Assembly (NCBI GenBank): GCA_028817685.1
Contig: JAPPPC010000364.1
Location: forward strand, 1 to 30,444
DNA: 30,444 nucleotides
Direction of reading: 5' to 3'
Source of the DNA: Rhodospirillaceae bacterium
GTDB lineage: Bacteria; Pseudomonadota; Alphaproteobacteria; UBA8366; GCA-2717185
Shown: positions 26,538 through 30,444 of the stretch, piece after piece
Layout: each line of letters opens with the position of its first letter
How positions within the stretch are numbered: the stretch's first letter is position 1
Position numbers and translations under genes: made by a program
Notes under the pieces: model-generated
The model's database searches: none
Told to the model about the DNA's origin: nothing
The model's input: only the letters and a program-made list of their open reading frames with translations

Positions 26538-27455
26538 CTATTCCGCCGCCCAGGCGGTAATCGGGTCGCCCTCGATCGCCTTTGAAGGCGTACCATCGAC
26601 CCCGACCGGCACGTCGCCAACCAAGGTGATACGGTAGAGCTGCCGCTCGCCTTCGACTTCAAATATATCGGTCGGCGCGTGATGGCATGCCGCCCGATTG
26701 TCCCAGACGGCGATATCGCCATCGCGCCAGCGGAAGCGCACCGTGTATTCCTGGCGTACGGCATGCTCCCACAAAAGTTCCATGAAATACTGGCTTTCAC
26801 GCGGCGTCATGCCGACAATTTCCTTCAGATAAGACGGGCTGACATAGAGCGCCCGCTCGCCGGTCTCCGGATGCACCCGGACGATTGGGTGTTCGCTGAC
26901 CAGTTTGCGGCGCTTGAAATAATCTTCATAGGCTTTCGTGCCGGGCTCCACCGCAGCCGCCGCCGTGTAATGAAGCCCGCGCAATGTATCGACGAAGGCG
27001 CGCAGTGTTTCGGACAATCCATCGTAGGCTGCCGCCAGATTGGTCCATTGCGTGTCGCCACCATAGGGCGGCAGTGTCACCCCGCGCAGGATCGATATGG
27101 CCGGCGGGTTGATCGCCGAAGTGATGTCGGCGTGCCAGCCCGTCCAGGGCGCGACCATCTTCGGAGCACCGAACTGGTTTGCCGCGCGCTTCTTGGCGAT
27201 CGAATAGATTTCCGGATAGCCGTCGATATGGCCGAACACCGCGTGACCGATGGTCGGCTCGCCCAGCTGTTTGGCGAAGGCGAGGTGGCTGTCGTGGTCG
27301 ATGTCCTGATCGTGGAAGAAAATCACCTTCCATTTCAGCAGCGCCGCACGGATTTCCTTGACGGTTTCCGACGCCAGCGGCTGGGATAGATCGACGCCAC
27401 CGATTTCCGCGCCGATATGAATGCTAAGCGGGTTAACGTCGATGCTCGACGCCAT
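26538..27455 (-). CDS. TauD/TfdA-family Fe(II)/2-oxoglutarate dioxygenase (paralogue 1)
   Basis: Same motif set (WHAD, GGDTQW, HPIVRVHPETG, WDNRAACH, LYR); AGGAG SD. Confidence 0.93.
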   Translation of the reverse strand: MASSIDVNPLSIHIGAEIGGVDLSQPLASETVKEIRAALLKWKVIFFHDQDIDHDSHLAFAKQLGEPTIGHAVFGHIDGYPEIYSIAKKRAANQFGAPKMVAPWTGWHADITSAINPPAISILRGVTLPPYGGDTQWTNLAAAYDGLSETLRAFVDTLRGLHYTAAAAVEPGTKAYEDYFKRRKLVSEHPIVRVHPETGERALYVSPSYLKEIVGMTPRESQYFMELLWEHAVRQEYTVRFRWRDGDIAVWDNRAACHHAPTDIFEVEGERQLYRITLVGDVPVGVDGTPSKAIEGDPITAWAAE

Positions 27456-27566
27456 GAGTCATACTCCTGAAACCTACTGAGACCATGAGAACCTTTAGCG
27501 CAATGCTAGTGCGAACCGCCGCCCTTCACAATCGTTGCGGCTAAAAAGTCGCAGCAAAGCAACAAA

Positions 27567-28940
27567 CTAGCCTTCGATCCATGCGTCCAGCGCGTCGTCA
27601 TCCTCGCCCGGCACATGCACCACCGTGAAGGTGAAGGGATCACCGCCCAGCGGCTTCGTCGCATCCAACCCCATCTTGTCGACCCGCCCATCCGTCCCCG
27701 ACGGGTCGAGACGAGACCCCTGTGCGCCGGCGACAACCATCAAATCTTCGGCTGCCTGAAACCGGGTCGCAACGGCCCATTCGACCGCATCCGGATCGAG
27801 AATATCAACATCCTCGTCGACAATGGTGACCTGCTTGATATCGGCGTGTCCGGCGAAGGCGCCCATCATGATATTTTTCGGCTCGCCATCCCATCGTTTG
27901 GCGATCTTGACGACCAGATGATAGCGGCAGACCCCGCCGCGCGAGAGATGGACATCTTTGACGCTCGGAAATGTCCGCTGCAGATGGGCGATGAGCGACG
28001 CCTCGCGCGGGATACCGCCGAGCAGCAGATGTTCCATCGCCGCCGGCACGATGGTGTGGAACAGGGCGTCCTCGCGCCGTGTAATCGCGTCGATCTCGAT
28101 GACCTGACGCTTGCCCGCCGGTCCATAATATTGCGGGAATTCGCCGAACGGCCCTTCCTCCTCGCGCACTTCCGGCAGCAATCGGCCTTCGATGACGATC
28201 TCCGCTTCGGCCGGCACGCGCACGTCGTTCGTCTTGCACTTGACGACCGGCAATGGCCCGCCATGAAGGGCGCCGGCCACTTCCAATTCGTCCCGGTCAA
28301 TCGGCAGGATCGCCTGCGAGGCGAGCAGCGTCAGCGGGTCGACGCCGACCGCGATAGCGACCGACAGCGGTTCGCCCGCTTCCTCTGCGGCATCGTAGAA
28401 CCGATGCAAATCGCGCGGCAGTATCAAGATACCGAGCCGGTCAGGCCCGTTGATCTGTATCCGGTTGATCGAGACGTTCTGCACGCCGGTCTTCGGATTG
28501 GCCGCGATCACCAGCCCCGCCGTGATATAGGCACCGGAATCATGTTCGTTATGCACCGGTATCGGCAGTTCATCTCGAATATCAAAACCGCTTTCGATGA
28601 CGACCTGCTGCACAGGCGCGGATTCAGAGGCGACTTCGGACCAGGGCAGCGGGTGCAGCACGGCATTGCGATAGCGGTCGAGCATGTCGCTTTCATCCAC
28701 CCCCATCGCTTCCGCGATCCACGGGCGAGACGCGACCAAACCCGAAATCACCGACAATTCATGACCGCCCGGCGCGGGAAACAATGTCGCCTTCTCGCCG
28801 TCCAGACGTTTGGCGATCGCCGCCAAGGTGAATTCCAGCGGTACATCCGGTTTGGTCCGAACCAACCGGCCGGTCTCGTCCAACCGGTCGAGCCAGGACC
28901 GCAAGGTCGTGAAGGGGGCATTCGGTCGCGCGGTGGTCAT
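27567..28940 (-). CDS. hmfF: UbiD-family prFMN-dependent decarboxylase, HmfF (2,5-furandicarboxylate decarboxylase)-like
   Basis: QNVSINR, EGPFGEFP, EHLLLGGIPRE, GGVCRYHL and VEWAVATRFQA match my recollection of HmfF proteins. The UbiD family call is secure; the HmfF subfamily call is less so. Confidence 0.72.
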   Translation of the reverse strand: MTTARPNAPFTTLRSWLDRLDETGRLVRTKPDVPLEFTLAAIAKRLDGEKATLFPAPGGHELSVISGLVASRPWIAEAMGVDESDMLDRYRNAVLHPLPWSEVASESAPVQQVVIESGFDIRDELPIPVHNEHDSGAYITAGLVIAANPKTGVQNVSINRIQINGPDRLGILILPRDLHRFYDAAEEAGEPLSVAIAVGVDPLTLLASQAILPIDRDELEVAGALHGGPLPVVKCKTNDVRVPAEAEIVIEGRLLPEVREEEGPFGEFPQYYGPAGKRQVIEIDAITRREDALFHTIVPAAMEHLLLGGIPREASLIAHLQRTFPSVKDVHLSRGGVCRYHLVVKIAKRWDGEPKNIMMGAFAGHADIKQVTIVDEDVDILDPDAVEWAVATRFQAAEDLMVVAGAQGSRLDPSGTDGRVDKMGLDATKPLGGDPFTFTVVHVPGEDDDALDAWIEG

Positions 28941-29722
28941 GCCTGATCCGCCTTTCTCGTCTCGATTTCCGCCGGCTCGTGCCAGGCGAGCGTCTCAGCG
29001 AATGCGGCCACCGAGCCGACGACGAACAAGGTCGGTGCCGACAGTTCGGCTTTTGCGATCTCGCCGGGCAATCTTGCCAAGGTCGCACTGATCACCTTCT
29101 GCGTCGGCAATGTACCATTCTGGATTGCAGCTGCCGGCGTATCCTCCGGCAAGCCCGCCTGGATCAGGTTGTTGCAGATCCGATCGATCTTCATTAGCCC
29201 CATATAGATGACCAGGGTCGTTTCCGGGTCGGCGAGCCGGTTCCAATCCAGATCCAGTTCGCCATTGTTCGCCATGTGGCCGGTGACGAAATGCACCCCC
29301 TTCGCAAGCCCGCGATGGGTGAGCGGGATACCGGCATAGGCCGCGCAGCCCATCGACGCGGTGATCCCCGGTACGATCTCGAATGGAATTCCATGCTGCG
29401 CCAGGTGCAATGCCTCTTCACTGCCGCGTCCGAATATGAAGGGGTCCCCGCCCTTCAGCCGCACCACGCGCCGGCCGCTGCGTGCCTGGGTCACCAAGAC
29501 GTCGTTGATCGTTTCCTGTGGCATGTAATGCTTGCGCGACGCCTTGCCCGCGAAAATCCGCTCCGCATCTACCGGCACCAAGGCGAGGACGCTTTCCGAA
29601 ACAAGCCGGTCATAGACCACGATCTCGGCCCCCTGCAGCACGCGCAAGGCCTGCACGGTCAGCAGATCCGGATCGCCTGGCCCCGCCCCGACGAGAAAGA
29701 CCCGTGGTTCGTTAGCGTTCAT
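28937..29722 (-). CDS. cobA: Uroporphyrinogen-III C-methyltransferase (SUMT, stand-alone CysG-A/CobA)
   Basis: VFLVGAGPGDPDLLT, VYDRLV, RLKGGDPFIFGRGSEE, VPGITA and TLVIYMG; no dehydrogenase/chelatase domain. Confidence 0.95.
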   Translation of the reverse strand: MNANEPRVFLVGAGPGDPDLLTVQALRVLQGAEIVVYDRLVSESVLALVPVDAERIFAGKASRKHYMPQETINDVLVTQARSGRRVVRLKGGDPFIFGRGSEEALHLAQHGIPFEIVPGITASMGCAAYAGIPLTHRGLAKGVHFVTGHMANNGELDLDWNRLADPETTLVIYMGLMKIDRICNNLIQAGLPEDTPAAAIQNGTLPTQKVISATLARLPGEIAKAELSAPTLFVVGSVAAFAETLAWHEPAEIETRKADQA

Positions 29723-29752
29723 TCTAAGAGAGTTCCCTCGAAAATCGCGGCG

Positions 29753-29781
29753 ATAGTACACGGGCTAATGCAGCGACCCAA
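29753..29781 (-). promoter_or_regulatory. Possible sigma70 promoter of cobA-hmfF
   Basis: Minus strand: TTGGGT (29781-29776), 17 nt, TACTAT (29758-29753). The -35 match is weak. Confidence 0.35.
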
Positions 29782-29819
29782 CAGGCGTTCGCGTGGAAAT
29801 GCATTGTGAAGTCGCGGTC

Positions 29820-29916
29820 TACCCCACCCTCCCCCAACAAGAGGGAGAGAAAATTTATGGCGAAAAATCTTCCTTTGTCCCTTCCCCCTCGAGGGGGGAA
29901 GGCTAGGATGGGGGTG
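29820..29916. repeat. Palindromic intergenic repeat with two inverted arms (REP/CIR/MITE-like)
   Basis: The right arm CCCTTCCCCCTCGAGGGGGGAAGGCTAGGATGGGGGTG contains a 9-bp hairpin (29880-29902). The left arm ACCCCACCCTCCCCCAACAAGAGGGAGAG is a degenerate inverted copy. An AT-rich spacer lies between them. Confidence 0.6.
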
Positions 29917-29959
29917 GAACCACCATTCATCCGAAAATCGAATGCAACAGGAGACCGCC

Positions 29960-30444
29960 ATGCCTTATCAACCCTTCGACCTGACCGGCAAGGTCGCGCT
30001 GATCACCGGCGGCAATGGCGGGATCGGGCTCGGCATGGCGGACGCCATCGCGCAGGCCGGCGGCAGCGTCTGTATCTGGGGCACCAATCCAGAGAAAAAC
30101 GCGGCGGCGCTGGCGCAGATCGAGGCGCATGGCGTCGAGGCCGCGGCGATGGTTTGCGACGTCTCGCAGGAAGAAGAAGTTGAGCGCTGTTTCGCGGAAA
30201 CATTGGAGCGGTTCGGCCGGGTCGATGGCTGCTTCGCCAATGCCGGCATCAGCGGCCGCGGCGCACTGACGCCCTTCGTCGAAATGACCAAGGACTCCTG
30301 GGACCGCATCATGGGGGTTAATCTGGACGGCGTTTTCTACACCTACCGCGCCGCCTGCCGGCACATGATCGAGCGCGGCGGCGGCGGCCGCCTGGCCGTG
30401 ACGGCGAGTCTCGCCGCCTTATCCGGCGCCGCCCGAAACGAGCA
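29960..30444 (+). CDS. Short-chain dehydrogenase/reductase, 3' end outside the window
   Basis: Translated by hand from ATG 29960 (AGGAGA SD): MPYQPFDLTGKVALITGGNGGIGLG...CDVS...FANAGI...VNLDGVF...TAS. Confidence 0.92.
   Translation, partial: MPYQPFDLTGKVALITGGNGGIGLGMADAIAQAGGSVCIWGTNPEKNAAALAQIEAHGVEAAAMVCDVSQEEEVERCFAETLERFGRVDGCFANAGISGRGALTPFVEMTKDSWDRIMGVNLDGVFYTYRAACRHMIERGGGGRLAVTASLAALSGAARNE

Noticed and set aside
26522-26800. 93-aa N-terminal extension of the second TauD in the ORF track
   Set aside because: It overlaps the upstream tauD in another frame; ATG 26521 has a strong AGGAGG SD and aligns with the paralogue start.
27480-27566. GCTAAAAAG resembling the SAM-II riboswitch 3' end
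   Set aside because: It is on the strand opposite to the flanking genes, and the GAUUU loop and P1 stem are absent.
29723-29959. Possible cobalamin riboswitch upstream of cobA
   Set aside because: No B12-box or the other conserved core motifs could be found on the minus strand.
1-30444. CRISPR arrays, tRNA/rRNA genes, transposases, integrases, prophage or defence genes
   Set aside because: No regularly spaced repeats, cloverleaf or rRNA signatures, or such protein motifs were seen; the intergenic gaps are short and otherwise accounted for.

Overview
GC-rich bacterial chromosomal segment, most likely an alphaproteobacterium (inferred from the ribF-ileS-lspA-bamF-M16-M16 and argD-argF-hslO gene orders). 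The left half (1-15.3 kb) is mostly housekeeping: a partial biotin carboxylase, an M16B peptidase pair, a BamF/DUF3035 lipoprotein, lspA, ileS, ribF, zur-COG0523-HAD, argD-argF-hslO, a lipoprotein and bolA. The right half (15.3-30.4 kb) is an accessory catabolic region. It carries a Nu-class GST with an FAH-family hydrolase, a GntR regulator, a PhyH-type Fe/2OG dioxygenase, a TakP-type TRAP operon ending in a 62-aa CxxC protein, and a bacterial SABATH-family methyltransferase. It also carries a frameshifted CitE-family lyase, a PimC-like acyl-CoA dehydrogenase, two tandem TauD paralogues, an HmfF-like UbiD decarboxylase coupled to a uroporphyrinogen-III methyltransferase, a palindromic intergenic repeat and a partial SDR. 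The strongest new signal is two near-identical promoter/operator units (TTGTCG-N2-CTGATATRTCAS-N3-TATWGT), one upstream of the PhyH gene and one upstream of the TRAP operon. They tie GntR, PhyH, TRAP and the small CxxC protein into one apparent regulon of unknown substrate, next to the SABATH gene. I found no rRNA, tRNA, CRISPR array, transposase or phage gene. All family calls come from motif recognition by eye, not database searches.
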